Origin: the human T2T-CHM13v2.0 reference genome, Homo sapiens
Length of the DNA stretch: 64,000 bases
Assembly (NCBI RefSeq): GCF_009914755.1
Contig: NC_060934.1
Strand: one strand, 5' to 3'
The notes beneath the pieces were generated by a model. The model was not told where the DNA came from. It did no database searches and saw only the letters and a program-made list of their open reading frames with translations. This document shows positions 40,871 to 54,300 of the stretch, piece by piece. Position 1 is the first letter of the stretch. Every line of letters starts with the position of its first letter. The position numbers and the translations under genes were made by a program.

Positions 40871-41775
40871 CATCCCCAGCTGGGCTAGCCCCCTTGATGG
40901 CAGACCCTGGCTACTTTTCTGAGGATGGGGTGCTGAGAAGAGGTAAAAGAACTCCAGGTAGAGGAATCAATCCATCCAAAGGCATAGGGGCAGCCGTGGA
41001 TGAGCATTTTGAAGAACAGGGATCAATCTGGCCAAGCCTTATGGAGATGAATGGGGTGCGATGGGGGAGGGGTGCTAGAAATGAAGGCAGGTATCAGGGC
41101 TCGAGGAGGTCTGGCCCAGTATCCCCTAGAAGAAAGCCACTCGTCAATGAGTGGCCACACCCAGCCATCAGCAGAACATATTACCAAACCTACTGTCAAG
41201 TGTAAAGAACACATTTCTATGAACTCACAAATTGCATTCCAAAAGATCACTTCAGCTGCTAACAAAAAATTCGTATGAATCAACTACAATCGTATGTAAT
41301 TCTCTGTGACTTCCAGCAAGCCAGACTCCAAAAACAATGCGAGTGGGGCTCTCAGACATCAGGGGTTCAAGCAGCCCCCACTCTCTGACTTCTGGGCTGA
41401 AGGGAACCAGGTGCATCAGAGGCTGCAGAAAGAATCAGAAAATAGGCTCCACATATCTCCACAGGCACCCATCAGCTGGCTGATAGATGCAGCCTTCACA
41501 GCAGGTCTCCAAATAATAACAGCTCTGGCTGGAGGGGACTGTGCACCAGCACAGGCATTTGGGAAGGGACATCAGAGAGAGGCAGCTGGGGGAAGGTGGC
41601 ACATGGGCACCAGCCCAAACAGACAAACATGCTCAACCATTCATGAACACGACCACCCTCCTGCCCAAGCAGGAGATTCCCAGAAGCCTCATAATCTAGC
41701 CCGAGGACAAACTCATAGAGACTTAAAAGATGGCTCTATCCTGGTCCCCAGTGAGCAACAATCTCAACTGGGAAA

Positions 41776-41837
41776 AAGGTACAGAGGGTTTAAGCATTCA
41801 ATCAATTAGGGAAGGTACAGAGGGTTTAAGCACTCAA
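41776..41837. repeat. 26-bp direct duplication, period 36
   Basis: aaggtacagagggtttaagcattcaa (41776-41801) / aaggtacagagggtttaagcactcaa (41812-41837). Confidence 0.9.
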
Positions 41838-42224
41838 CAGCTGGAGTATTGTAAACAGTTCTGTTGTTTTGTCGCTGGCTTGCCTACGCTATGGGAAAAG
41901 CACAAATGCCTTTGCATAGAAACAAGACGCTATGCAATTGGCCTCTGCTCTAGATAAGGCAAACCCACTGAGAAACTAGCAAAGCTAGAACTGGCTGAGA
42001 AGTCCTGAGAACAAGCCTGGGTCTGGCGTAGAAGCAGAAGGGCATGCAACAAACTTGTACTTCTACATCTGAGCAGTCATGTCTGGCCTTGGAAAGTGTC
42101 AAGGATCTGTGACTCTGTCCCACTGTGGGTAGATGAAAGCCCTTCTCTAGGTGTCAAGAAAGCAGACTGAACCCAGGTAGACTGACCTGAAGTCAAAATC
42201 CTGGTCCAGGTGTCTTACCATGGG

Positions 42225-43067
42225 AGTGGGAATTTACAAATAACCAGTGAGAGGAGGCTAGAATGATCCATGTGGTGATGGGTTAGAGTCGAACACATCA
42301 AGAGGAGCTCATGCTTAATTTAATATTTATACACCTGGTTATATATATAAATATTTACAGATATGTGCATATGCACAGGTCAGTGTACATGCATATACTT
42401 ATTTGCTCTGTCAGCTAGGAGGGCCTAAAAGAAAGGACACCCTGGTAGCAATAAGCACACCTAACACCCAGATCTTGGTTTCTTGTATCATTCTTCAATG
42501 ATCAGAACCAGGACTCCTTGGAGAAGTGATTGTACAATCCTATTGATTGTGGGATTACGGTGGGAAATATAAATGATGAGCCTGGAGCATCTTCTAGTGC
42601 CATAAGTATTACAGAAGTGCTCAAAAGGTTACTTTTGTTAAGGAATATGTCAAAGGGGCATAGAAGCCAGCTGAAAGAGCTCCAAGTGGCCAAAATGGGA
42701 ACAATTTGAGCAACAAAATAAATAAAATAGTAATAGATTAGAACTCAAAGCATAACATAAATACCTATGAGTTCATATTGATGTAAGTTATTGAATAAAT
42801 ACATACATGAGGGATAAGTGGCAAGTCTCCAGTGCAGAAGAATAATTTATGTAGATAGGCAACCCTCAATGAGGTGGAGCATAACTCCCCACTCCTTAAA
42901 GGCAGGCTATGCATAGATTTCCTTCCAAAGAGTATAGTATGGAAAGGAGGAGGAAAGTAACCACACCAGTGGAGAAACTTGACACACACTATTTCAGCCA
43001 AATGATCAAGATCAACATCAGCTGTCATAAATCACATTGATAGAATGTGCCCTTGATATGATGTGAC
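42225..43067 (+). mobile_element. L1MC/MD 3'UTR fragment
   Basis: gctctgtcagct...cagatcttggtttct...aaggaatatgtcaaaggg...ggtggagcataactccccactcctta...ccttgatatgatgtga. Confidence 0.8.
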
Positions 43068-43196
43068 ACAATGGTAAGAATCTAAGTATATATAAACATA
43101 GAAAATGCATTAAAAATCCAATATTATAATCTTATGGGACCACCATCATTTAATGCTGTCATTGACTGAACCACTGTCATGCAGCACATGACCGTA
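43068..43196 (+). mobile_element. Tigger3/MER47-like terminal fragment
   Basis: tataatcttatgggaccaccatc...ttgactgaa...tgcagcacatgaccgta. Confidence 0.65.
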
Positions 43197-43318
43197 CCTT
43201 ATAAAGTTTGGGGGCAGATTCAGTGAGGAAATGTGTGCAAAATACTTAGCTCAATGTCTGGAATACAGGGGCACACAAATACTAGCATTATTATTATCCC
43301 AATAAAAATTTTAAAAGG

Positions 43319-43619
43319 GGCCGGGCACGGTGACTCGCACCTGTAATCCCAACACTTTAGGAGGCCAAGGTGGGTGGATCACGAGGTCAGGAGATCAAGA
43401 CCATCTCGCCAACAAGGTGAAACCCCATTTCTAGTAAAAATAAAAAAATTAGCTGGGCGTAGCGGCACGTGCCTGTAATCCCAGATACTCAGGAGGCTGA
43501 GGCAGGAGAATCACTTCAACCTGGGAGGCAGAGGTTGCAGTGAGCTGAGAACGCACCACTGCACTCTAGCCTGGCGACAGAGCTAGACTTCATCTCAAAA
43601 AAGAAAGGAAAAAAAAAAG
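43319..43619 (+). mobile_element. AluSc
   Basis: ggatcacgaggtcaggagatc and cctggcgacagag. Flanks tttaaaagg. Confidence 0.92.
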
Positions 43620-43934
43620 ATATATATATATATATTCTTTAAAAGGACAAACTGCTCTTCTTTTATAGCCACGACTTCAACAAAAAAATCTAAAAGTTTC
43701 CTTCTTTCCTGATAAGGAATTTTGAAAGACAAGTTAGCGGTGGGAGACCCTTTAAAACCTCACCCCAAACTCATGCCCTCAGATGGGAGTGGGCACACAA
43801 TGAATCTGTGACAAGGAAAGCTCCACCCCAAGGTCACCTGGCAGGGAAGAGGCAGCCTCGCACAGCCCCCGTAGAATGTGATACAACATCTCAGAGAAAG
43901 TGATTATTTAAATCTGGTTATCATTTTCCTCATA

Positions 43935-43935
<1 letters not shown>

Positions 43936-43971
<36 letters not shown>
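43936..43971. repeat. (CA)18 microsatellite
   Basis: Directly visible. Confidence 0.95.
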
Positions 43972-43973
<2 letters not shown>

Positions 43974-44622
43974 GTGAATCTATGCAAAATTAAATGGTAA
44001 TGTTGTTCTGTTTGTGCCAGAAAGATGGATGCATTTTCTACATGACTTCAAATATTTTACTGATTTTACTGAAACATTTGCACAGAGGAGTGTGACTGGG
44101 GAGCCAACCAGTTTCCACCATAAAAGTGTTCACGCATTTTTCTCATTTCCTAGTTTGCCATCACATAACAACTTGGAATGTTTACCTGGAAGTGGTAAAA
44201 ATAGATTTCATTTATTCACTCAAATCCCACACTCATAAAGAAAACAATCTTTCATAATGTAAGACATTATCAGGGGGAGCATAATTCATGGCTAAGGGGT
44301 CGCAGCTTTATAATAGATGGGTTTTCAGAAGTGGCTGAGTAAACCTAAGACGAAGGCCGAGCAGTTTGACCCATAAGTTTGAAATACGCAAAAGAGCTCA
44401 AGTCAAGCTCCTGATAAATGGCAGTGGGCCCGTCACCACAAGCCCACCCCGACAATTAACAGGCTTGGCTCGGCTGCCAGAAACCAAACTATGATTTATT
44501 GTTCTCTTCAAATTAATAAAAGCAATGCCATCCATTGTGGATTCCAGTATTTATCCACATGGGAAAGAGCTGATGTTTCAAAATGGCCATGTGAACAGGT
44601 TACACTTCTGAAACCACATTCT

Positions 44623-44929
44623 CTTTTTTTTTTTTTTTTTTTTGAGACGGAGCCTCACTCTGTCGCCCAGGCTGGGCTGGAGTGCAGCCGCGCGATCTCG
44701 GCTCACCGCAAGCTCCGCCTCCCGGGTTCACGCCATTCTCCTTCCTCAGCCTCCCGAGTAGCTGGGACTACAGGCGCCCGCCACCGCACCCGGCTAATTT
44801 TTTGTATTTTTAGTAGAGACGGGGTTTCACCGTGCTAGCCAGAATGGTCTCGATCTCCTGACCTCGTGATCCACCCGCCTCGGCCTCCCAAAGTGCTGGG
44901 ATTACAGGCGTGAGCCACCGCACCCGGCC
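44623..44929 (-). mobile_element. AluY, CpG-rich, 14-bp TSD
   Basis: Y diagnostics with most CpGs intact. TSD tgaaaccacattct 44609-44622 / 44930-44943. Confidence 0.95.
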
Positions 44930-45929
44930 TGAAACCACATTCTTTTAACCTTAAGTCACCACCATGAGAGAAGCCTCTGCTTTCACCCAGGTTATCTAGT
45001 GCATAGCCAAAACCTGCACAAGGGATATTACTGTACTTTATTAACTCAAGTCCACTTAAAACTTCTCCAGATAGAGCATCTACAGAAAGACAAACAGGGT
45101 CAGGTATCTCTCCAATTCTCTCATTTTACAGATGAGGAAACTGAGGCCAGAGGCCAAAGCACCTGGCCAAACTGCCCCTGCAAAGGTCGCAACCCTGCTG
45201 GAGAAACACTGAGGTTTCCTGATCACCTGTCACCAATCTGAGATCAGCGGCCATTCTGGCCATAGATGAGTTCAGTTTGTTTGTTTAACCTTTAACTAAA
45301 AGCTTAAACATTGTAAGGTCTGGCACACCATTCCAGATTCCTGGCTTCTCTAGAAAATCCTGGCTATGTGGCAATTGTGGGTCCAAATTCCTGCCTGGCC
45401 TCACTCTGCAGAGCTGGGGAGTAGCCACCCATGGCAAATGGGCATGTGGTGTCGAAGGAGACACAGTCCTACAAAAACCCCCTTTCTTTGTTGCCAGTGG
45501 TCCTGGAGACCTTGGAATTTGGTGTCTTTCCTCTGCATCGTACTCAGCTGAGGCCTAAAAATATATGATTGAGATATATATATATCATATGCATGTAATA
45601 CATATGATACACACATGTATGTATGTATTGCAGAAAAGTGGCTTTTTAAAATCTGAAGACACATATAGGAATATTTTAATAATGTCTTGATGAGCATAAT
45701 TTGCCAGCCTTAAGGACAGCAGATGTAAGTCATGGGCACAAGACCCTCTTCAGGCAAAGCGAGCAGAAAGTGAGCACTCAGCAGAGGTGAGCTGGCTAGG
45801 AATGGGGCTACTCGTTCTCACTGCCCGAGACAGCAGAGACTCTTGAAGCACGGCAGTTAGAGCCGCCCACTCAGCCCTCAGCGCTGGTCCTGATCTGCAC
45901 TTCTCATGTACTGTTCTGTGTGTTTTTGC

Positions 45930-46410
45930 AGCATCCAGAGTGGTCATTTTTAAATGTGAATAAGACCACGCCATTCTCCTGTTTAAAATTCACCTCTGAC
46001 TCCCTTTCTCTCAGCTCCCTAGATGCCCTTTTCTCCTTGCTCATTTCACACAACTTTCTCCTTCACTCACGAGCTCCAGATACACCCCAGGCTTTCTTCT
46101 GAACCTGGAACATCGGGGTGTTCCTACCTTGTAAATCCTTCTGTCCTCCCCCAGATACTTCAGTAACTGGCCCTACTTGTCATTCTCTGGCCACTCCTTC
46201 TGCAGTGGCCCTAGTAGCCACTGGCACATCACCCTGAGATATTTTCTTCATTCGTCCCTGTTTGAATTCACCTTATTTGTAAACTTGACTACAGAATGCC
46301 CCTCAAGCTAGACTATAAGTTCCACGAAAACAGGACCCTTTGCTGTCTTTTTCACTTATTCTCAAGGTCTAGAAAGTGCCCTGCGCACATGTACTGGCTG
46401 CAGAATAAAC
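45930..46410 (+). mobile_element. L2
   Basis: ccagagtggtcatttttaaatgt...ctcctgtttaaaa...ctagactataagttccacg...aggacc. Confidence 0.7.
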
Positions 46411-49400
46411 ATGTCATGCCCTGTGTTTGAGGGGTATGGCAAATTACTGGAGCCAGAAGAAAAATCTCTCCATTAACAAGATCCTGGCTCCAGATAAGAA
46501 CAAGGGAGGAGGAAAGGCTATACCTCTCTGGGCTCAGAGTCTTCAAGGGACTTCAGTTGACAGCGCAGGGAGAATTAACTAAATGGTGAAATCTTTATAC
46601 CGCGCCCACTTACGCTTTAAAATGCTCTGCTGAGTGGTATTGTTGTGATTTCCAAGCGGCTTGCTCAGTTTCTGTTCGATTTCAGAATCAAGGTTGAGGC
46701 AACGGATGAGCATTCAAAACGTGCTTCAGTAACTTCAAATGAGGCGTGCATGTGTGTTTGTGTGGTCCTGACTTCGTCATTAGTAAATGATTGGTATTAA
46801 AGTACCCTAAAACTCATGACCCTAGACACACATGCACATACAGAATTTTCAATTGCATTTGAAATTGTGAAGAGCAATTCTATGGCACTTTGGAATTCCT
46901 GAGAGCTACCCAATGTCTCTGTGGACAACAGGGAATGTAGGTCAATTAAGGCTCCTTGAAAACATGGCCCCGTGGCCCTGGAACTCGTATGTAGAAAGGC
47001 CCAGCTGCAAGCCCACCGGTCCTTAACTGTCCTCAGACTCTGTGGTCTAAGCATCACAGCAAGTGGCATTTACAGATGAAAGAACAGAAAGAAGCTATAA
47101 AATGACATGAGAGCAGGGTAGACGCACACTCTCACGTGCACATGCCACAGACACAGCAGAGAAAAACCCAGCAATAACTGCTGTGCTGTCACCTGCTATA
47201 ACAAGATTGATCTGTAGTGAAATATAAGATAATGCAATCCAGAGGAAATAACTTCTGTTTCCTCTGAGAGCGTCTGATGTTGTCAACTGCAAGCCTGCTT
47301 CCCTCTTCTGCCTGCCACAATGCACACAGCAGCCCAAACAGGCAGGGACTCCACTGGGCAGAGTCCTCCCTCCCTCACTGACAGAAGCACACATTTATCA
47401 AGTGGTGTTCCCCCAACTGCCCATGACTTCTTGGCCAAGTCAAAGCAAGCAGGGCCTGGATGCCCATGGCGTGTCCAGGAAGGCAGGGCCACTCAATGTT
47501 GCCATTGTGTGCATGGGCCCCAGACAACGCAGTGGCGTCTGTTCACTTGAAGCTAAGTCGTTTTCTGCTTGTTGATTTCTAGCACAATTTATCATCCCCA
47601 TATTTCAACTAAATGGTACAATTCTGGCCCTGAGTTTTAACCACAGAAGACCTTGTGGAGATCACGGTTTTAGATTCCGTCTGTAAGACACAGAGCTGAT
47701 GTAACTGTCACCAGTTGAACATTTTACGGAGCAATATTTTCATAAGCAGGATGGCCAGAAACAAAGGTAAGGAGTGGGTACCAGCGGGCGAGTTCTTTGC
47801 CATTATTTTAGAGAATGTGTCTCCATACGAAATGGTCCAATATGGCCAGAGCCATGTAAATAATTCACAAAAGCAAGTTCAGTTCCTTCCATTTGAAATC
47901 CGAGTAATACCTTATAAGGGAGCGGCCGCCCACTGACACACAGAGCAACGGGTAGCTTGCGGCTTCCATCTCTGGCAGATGTTATTAAGTCTCGATAGCC
48001 AGTGATTTGTAGATGATTATAACTTTTGCTCTGCATATCATTGTTACTGACAGGCAAATCCCATCAATCGAATGGCATGACTGATTAAAAAAGAAGGCAA
48101 ACTTGACAGAGGCAGTCTGGTAAGCCATTTTTTTCTGCCAATTACAACCACCATGAACGCTCACCATTGTGTGTAGAAAAGCCAGATCTGACACCAGCCT
48201 CCCCTCTCCCCATTCTCCAGTAACCTCAACACACATGTTCCAGAAAGACTTTCCAAACTCAAATGTTTTGTGTTTCAAGAGGAAAAATGCAATTCAGTGT
48301 GGGGTTGCTTACATTCTAGTTCACAGAAAAAAAAATGATCTGCCTAGAGTGCCCCACTGACCCCCCAGTTTGTCAAGGAAGAAAACTCACTGCAGCAACA
48401 GGCCCTGACAGCAGCACTTTCATTACACGAACAGTCACGATACCTTTTCAATTTTGCTCATCTCTTAGTCTCTAGCCAAATGGAACTTATTACTTATAGC
48501 TTGTTGGGATTTATAAATTATTTATAAAAGTAAGTCTATGACTCCAGACTCTTAAAAGACAATACGACAGTACCCTCATTGTTATCCACAACTGCACTTC
48601 TATCAGAGAAAGCAGATATTCTCCATAACACACGCTGCCTGTTTGGGGTGAAATAACAGTTGTGAAAATACCAAGCCTGTAAGATTATTTGGAAGCTATT
48701 TATGGAATGCCTGGGTGTATTTTTAAACCAGTCTCTTTTATTGTAAAGCCAGCCTTAGATTCCAGAAAGACACAGCAGATGTGTGCTACCAACATATTTC
48801 CCAGCTTGACTACAAACAGTGATGCCCTGCTACTTTTACCCAGTAGTGTCAAGCTGTGATAAAAAGCCAATTCCCCCTTGACGTATATCCAGAAGGTTCG
48901 AGGAGGCCATGATCCATGAGTCTCCTGCTGCACCCCAGAGCACAATTGCTCTGCATCCTAAGTGGGGACTAAAACATGGGCCAATGTGGGGTTAGGATTT
49001 CACCTCCAGCTCCTCAGAGCACATGACCTTGCCTGGTAAAACAGATGACACTGCACACCCTCACCTGGGTGACACTATCTCAGTCAGACCCAGCTGGCGA
49101 GGTTGAAAAGCATGAAGTGACCAGCCAGCCATGGCCTTGCCACACCTCTACAACAGTGGCATGTTTGCTTGGCAAAGGAATCTCCACTGGCACTGGTATA
49201 AGGAGCAGCAGCTGAGCCGGATGCAGGAGCCCCAACGGACAGTGGCCTTCCCCCAGACTCCCCTCCAGAGTATCAGTCCTCACCAGGCCCACAGGATCCC
49301 TCTCTCCTTCCAGGGCCCAGCCACAGACCCCTCTCCAAGCGTCCCTGCCCAGCTGTCCAGTCTACATCCTACCCCCAAGCATGGTTCAGAGGAAGAAGCA

Positions 49401-49588
49401 GAGGTTGGACAGCAGAGGCCCAGGGAGGCTGATGGCACTTTAAGCCACTGTCCTCATGGTGTCCCTGAGGGCCTAAATGACATGTCCATAGAGAACGGGA
49501 AACCCCATAACCCTCTGTACACAGACCATACCCATGTTCCCCAAAGAGCACAGCCAGTGAAAAAGCAGGCAGGAAACAGTGAACTTAC

Positions 49589-49603
49589 CTTGCTGAAAAA
49601 CAT
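49589..49603 (-). other. Candidate 15-nt microexon (unconfirmed)
   Basis: Minus strand: long pyrimidine tract ...cttttcttctttcttggcag|ATGTTTTTCAGCAAG|gtaagt. Confidence 0.35.
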
Positions 49604-49749
49604 CTGCCAAGAAAGAAGAAAAGTAGGGGAGGGGAGAGGGGAGAAAGAGAGGAGAAAAAATATTAATAATAATGTTGAAAAGGACAGTATGATGATGACA
49701 TATGCTGACTTTGCTAAGCACTCTATGCATATTTCCTTTAACTCAGGAG

Positions 49750-50070
49750 GCAGTGCTTAAGAGCTCAAGCTCTGGAATGAGGCTGCTTGCATTTCAATCC
49801 TGGCCTCACACTTACTAACTCTGTGACTTACAGTTCCCTAAACCACAAAATAGATCTAAGTACGGGAAAAATTAAACAAATGATGTCATACATTTTAAGA
49901 GCTTAGACCAGTGCCCAGTACATAGTAAACATAGAAAAATCAGCAGCTATTATTTATATTAATACTACTTTCACAACAATCTTATAAAGTAAGTTTTATT
50001 ATAGTTCTCATTTTATAGATGGGGAAACTGAGGCTCCAGAAAGTTAAATAACTCATTCAAGGCCACAGAG
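49750..50070. mobile_element. Two adjacent MIRs in opposite orientation
   Basis: + copy 49750-49950 (ttaagagctcaagctctgga...cacttactaactctgtgac) and - copy 49960-50070 (cattttatagatggggaaactgaggc). Confidence 0.75.
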
Positions 50071-50194
50071 GAACAAGCATGGTCAAAGTGTGTTAGAAAG
50101 GTTAAAAAAATTAATGTATTTTTTTCAACAAATATTGAGAAGCTACTAAATACCCTAAATGCCAATTACACTGACACCAGGAAACACACATCTA

Positions 50195-50517
<323 letters not shown>

Positions 50518-50549
50518 CTAGTTAAAAAAATAAACAAACAAGCAGTCAC

Positions 50550-51350
50550 TAACTACCACCCCCACCAGAAATTCAATGGCCTGGTTTTGAATTTTATGTA
50601 AATGGACTGATACAACATGAATCCTTTTCTTGGCTTCTTTTGGAGTCATCCATACTGTAGCACACGGTAGCTCATTCATTCTCACTGCCATGTAGTATTT
50701 CACTGTGGGGTTATACTACAGTTTATTTCTCCACTCGAATGTTGCTGGACATTGGGTTGTTCTCCACGTTTGGCAATTAGGAATTGTGATGAACATTTTC
50801 ATACATATCTCTTCACAAACTTATGTACAAATGCCAAGTACTTTTTGACATCTCCCACATGGATTCAGGTTCACCCTGCTTATACCGCCTCCCACTCACT
50901 CCAAAAGTACGCTCATTTGCTCATGCTTTCTCACTCAGTAACTTAAAGACAAAAGAACACCAGCAGAGATACAGACAGTACCACTCAGATGTGAGCCAGT
51001 TTCTGCTCTGATGGTAGGATTGTAAAAAGGAATGAAACTTCTAGAAGATAGTTTGATGGTATATAAAAAAAGATTAAATATGCATTCCTTGGCCCAACAA
51101 TACCACTTCTAGGACTCTAATCTAATGAAATAATGAAATGTATAAAAGAAATCTACACGAATGTTCATCATAGCATTGTTTATACTGGCAAAACACTGGA
51201 TGTTGCCTGATTGTTTGGCAATAAGGAATCAAGCCAAATATAATATATCTCACACAGTGGATTATTGTGCAGCTGTTTTAAATGGCTATATAAAGACCTT
51301 GATTATTTTGAATGAAAATATCAGATAGCAAAATGGCACATATAATCCTG
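50550..51350. mobile_element. Old L1ME fragments (- 50550-50830; + 50990-51350)
   Basis: tagctcattcattctcactgcc...ggacattgggttgtt and caacaataccacttctagga...aatgttcatcatagcattgtttata. Confidence 0.65.
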
Positions 51351-54300
51351 AGCCCATCTGTGCCCCCTGTATGAAGACAGAACTGTGACAATGGTCACAG
51401 AAATATTGCTTATTTTCAGGAGATGGAATTCAGGGTCACCTTTTTACATTTTATGCAAGCATTTCTGTATTAATTTTTAGCAATGAACACGCCTTACATT
51501 TACAACCCAAATTTTAAAACTAAAGTTATTTTCATCTTAAAAACTAAGTAGGAACTATATCATCAACATCTAATTTTGTTCTCTGTCATCACCAGAAACA
51601 TCAGCTCCTACAAAACCACAAAGAACCAAGGGTCCATCAGTGGTGTGGCTGAGACATGCACCTCATAGGTTAACAGACTGCAAGAAGAGAAGATCTATGG
51701 TGGCAGTTTTCACTCCACTTGGGCACACATGACCCCACAGGGAGTCGTTCATACTCCCAAGGGCACACTGAGGCCAGTGGTTGTGGTGCAGGTAAAACAG
51801 ATTGCAGGCTCATAATTCCCAGGGAATTGGCAAAAACATCACCATTTCTTTTACACTCAGCAAAGCCAACTGGGATGTAAATGGGTCCTATCAGTCCCAC
51901 TACAGGAAACCTTGACTCTGCTCTAATTGATACACACTATACAGTAGTCTCTAACCTCAGTAATTCATCATTAGTACAAATTCTGATCCAGTAGTGTATG
52001 GGATGCCACTGCCCAGAGACTGTGAGAACCGTGTACAGCTCCCTAAATATACCACTTTCACCTGCGCTTGCTTCCTGGAACCCATAGTCTGCACCAACCA
52101 CCCTCTGACCAGCCGGCACACCTGGAGGAGCCCTCCTACTCAGCCTTCAAATGTCACAGCCACTGTGAAGTTTATTCCCACAGAGAGGGAATTCACTGTT
52201 TCCACTTCTGTGCTCCTGGAGTAATTTGTGCGTGTTGCAATTATAGCTCATATTATAATGAGTTATTTATATAGACCATGAGCTCCTGAGGACAAGAGCA
52301 GTGTCTCTTAATCACCTTTGTGGGTCCTACCTGCCTGGCCATGGCAAGCTCCTACCTACGAGGGAGGGAAAGAGGGCTGGTCTGTCCTAGCACTCATCTG
52401 ATCCAACCCCCTCATTTTACAGGTGAGGAAACTGAGTCCCAGACAGTTCAGAGATTTTTCTCAAGATCACACATGGAGTTAAAGGCTGAGCCAGGACCAC
52501 ATGAGATTCATTTAACCTTAATGAAGCACAAAAGCTCATCACTATTATTAGCAAAGTACAAATTAGAGATTTATCATTCCCCTCTAATGAATACAGACAA
52601 AAATTTCCAACCCTGAAAACATTAGTGAAATAAGATTAGTCTTTGAAATACGGATTCAGTCTCGACATCCGTCCAGAATCCTCAACCTCCTCTGCGTGGT
52701 TTTGACAAGGAGCACTTCCTTCAAAATTCAGTACTGATTTGAATCACTCAAAAGTATCAGTGGACAGGGAGGATGGAAATTCGGGCAGGGATTTAGTGAC
52801 TTTATTCTGTCCACTTCCATTGTATATTTCATGCTTTAGCAGACAAATATACATGGAGTAACTATTTGTATCTTCGATTCCAAAAACTCACAGTAGCTAT
52901 TTTAGATTTTTCCAAAAACTCTTTTTCAGCTTTGTTTACATTTTGCACCGTTTTATTCAAATGTAAATTTTAATAAATACTAGTACAAATATTGCAACAA
53001 TTTTGCACGTGAATTATCTTGGAATACTCAAAGTTTATGTCTTTTGTGGTCTGAGGTATATAAATCATTCCATTCTTACTATTATTTATCTTTTTGGTGT
53101 AATAATGGTTTGGGTACCTTCTTTAAAATTTCACTTTTCCAGAATGAAACAGCGATCATAGCTCAGGCACAAATGATTCATGGACAGACAAACGGGAAAT
53201 AAAGGAGAAGAAGGCGGTTTCTGTTCTGTTGGCTACATTTTAACTTCCTCTCCCAAACTGTGGATGTCAAAGGATATTAGCCATTGAAATATTCCTACCA
53301 TTCGCTACCCTGGTGTTCCTGTCCGCCACCTCCATCTCCTAAACTATAGGGAGTAGTCATTTACACAAATCAAAAGGCCTCGAATTTGAGTGTAATATTC
53401 TCCTTTCAATCTAACCAACCACAAAGTCAGGAGTCAATCTATTAGACCTGCTGAGCTTGAATTTCCTTGTTGAAAACCCAGGCATATTCTAATACCCCTG
53501 TCACGGGGCTGAGAAGGTAAAGTTAGATGATTTATACAAATGTTTTCCCATTCCATCGGTTGCTGTGGGGAATTACTCTGAGAATAAGACTCGGGGCCAT
53601 CTTTTCTGCTCTTGCAGGAATTGGAAATCATGCCAGTATGGAGTGGGGAATTGCCAGTGGCCGCTCTAGCCACAATCAGGTTGAGCCCAAAGGGCACCAG
53701 AGACACTTGTAAAGAGGAAATGAACTCCTTCAGACAAAGCTCTGCTCATACTCACTTCCCAAGGGAGAAAACCCCAACCCCAATCATTCACATGGACAAA
53801 GGAAAGCCTGTTCTCCTGCCCACCCCCGGCTCCCTCTCCCCACCAGCCCCTGGAGCCATTCTGGTCCTATAGATAGATGAAAGGGCGTGTATAAGTTGGT
53901 GATTCAGATGTGGGAGGAAGAAAATAAGAAAGAAGGAACTCAGATTGCCTTTCTTAGCCCTGCTGTCCAATTTCTTCAGTTAGGAATGAGCATCGAGGAT
54001 ATTTGCCCCTTCCCCCACAGCTACTAAGAGATTCACACCCTAGAGATCTTTAATGCACTGAGTCCTCCAGAGACAGGGGCCATAAAAAGACTCGATTATT
54101 TATTATTATTAATAAGTTATGGCAATTAGGCTGGGTGATTCCTAAATGTTGCTGATTAAACTTTCTTGAGTGCTACTCATCCACATGACTAGTGTTTACC
54201 TCGATTAAAAATGACTTAACTACACTCTGGGTGAACCCCTCTCTTGCGCCTGGGTTAGTAATTAGCAGTGCACAGAGCCACGCAGGTTAAGTGAGTTGGC

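Noticed and set aside
41776-41837. Repeat-spacer-repeat resembling CRISPR
   Set aside because: Only two copies with a 10-bp spacer, in a primate genome. A simple local duplication.
49131-49760. Longest ORF (209 aa, +)
   Set aside because: No recognisable domain, and it runs through a purine tract and MIR-like sequence. Compatible with chance.
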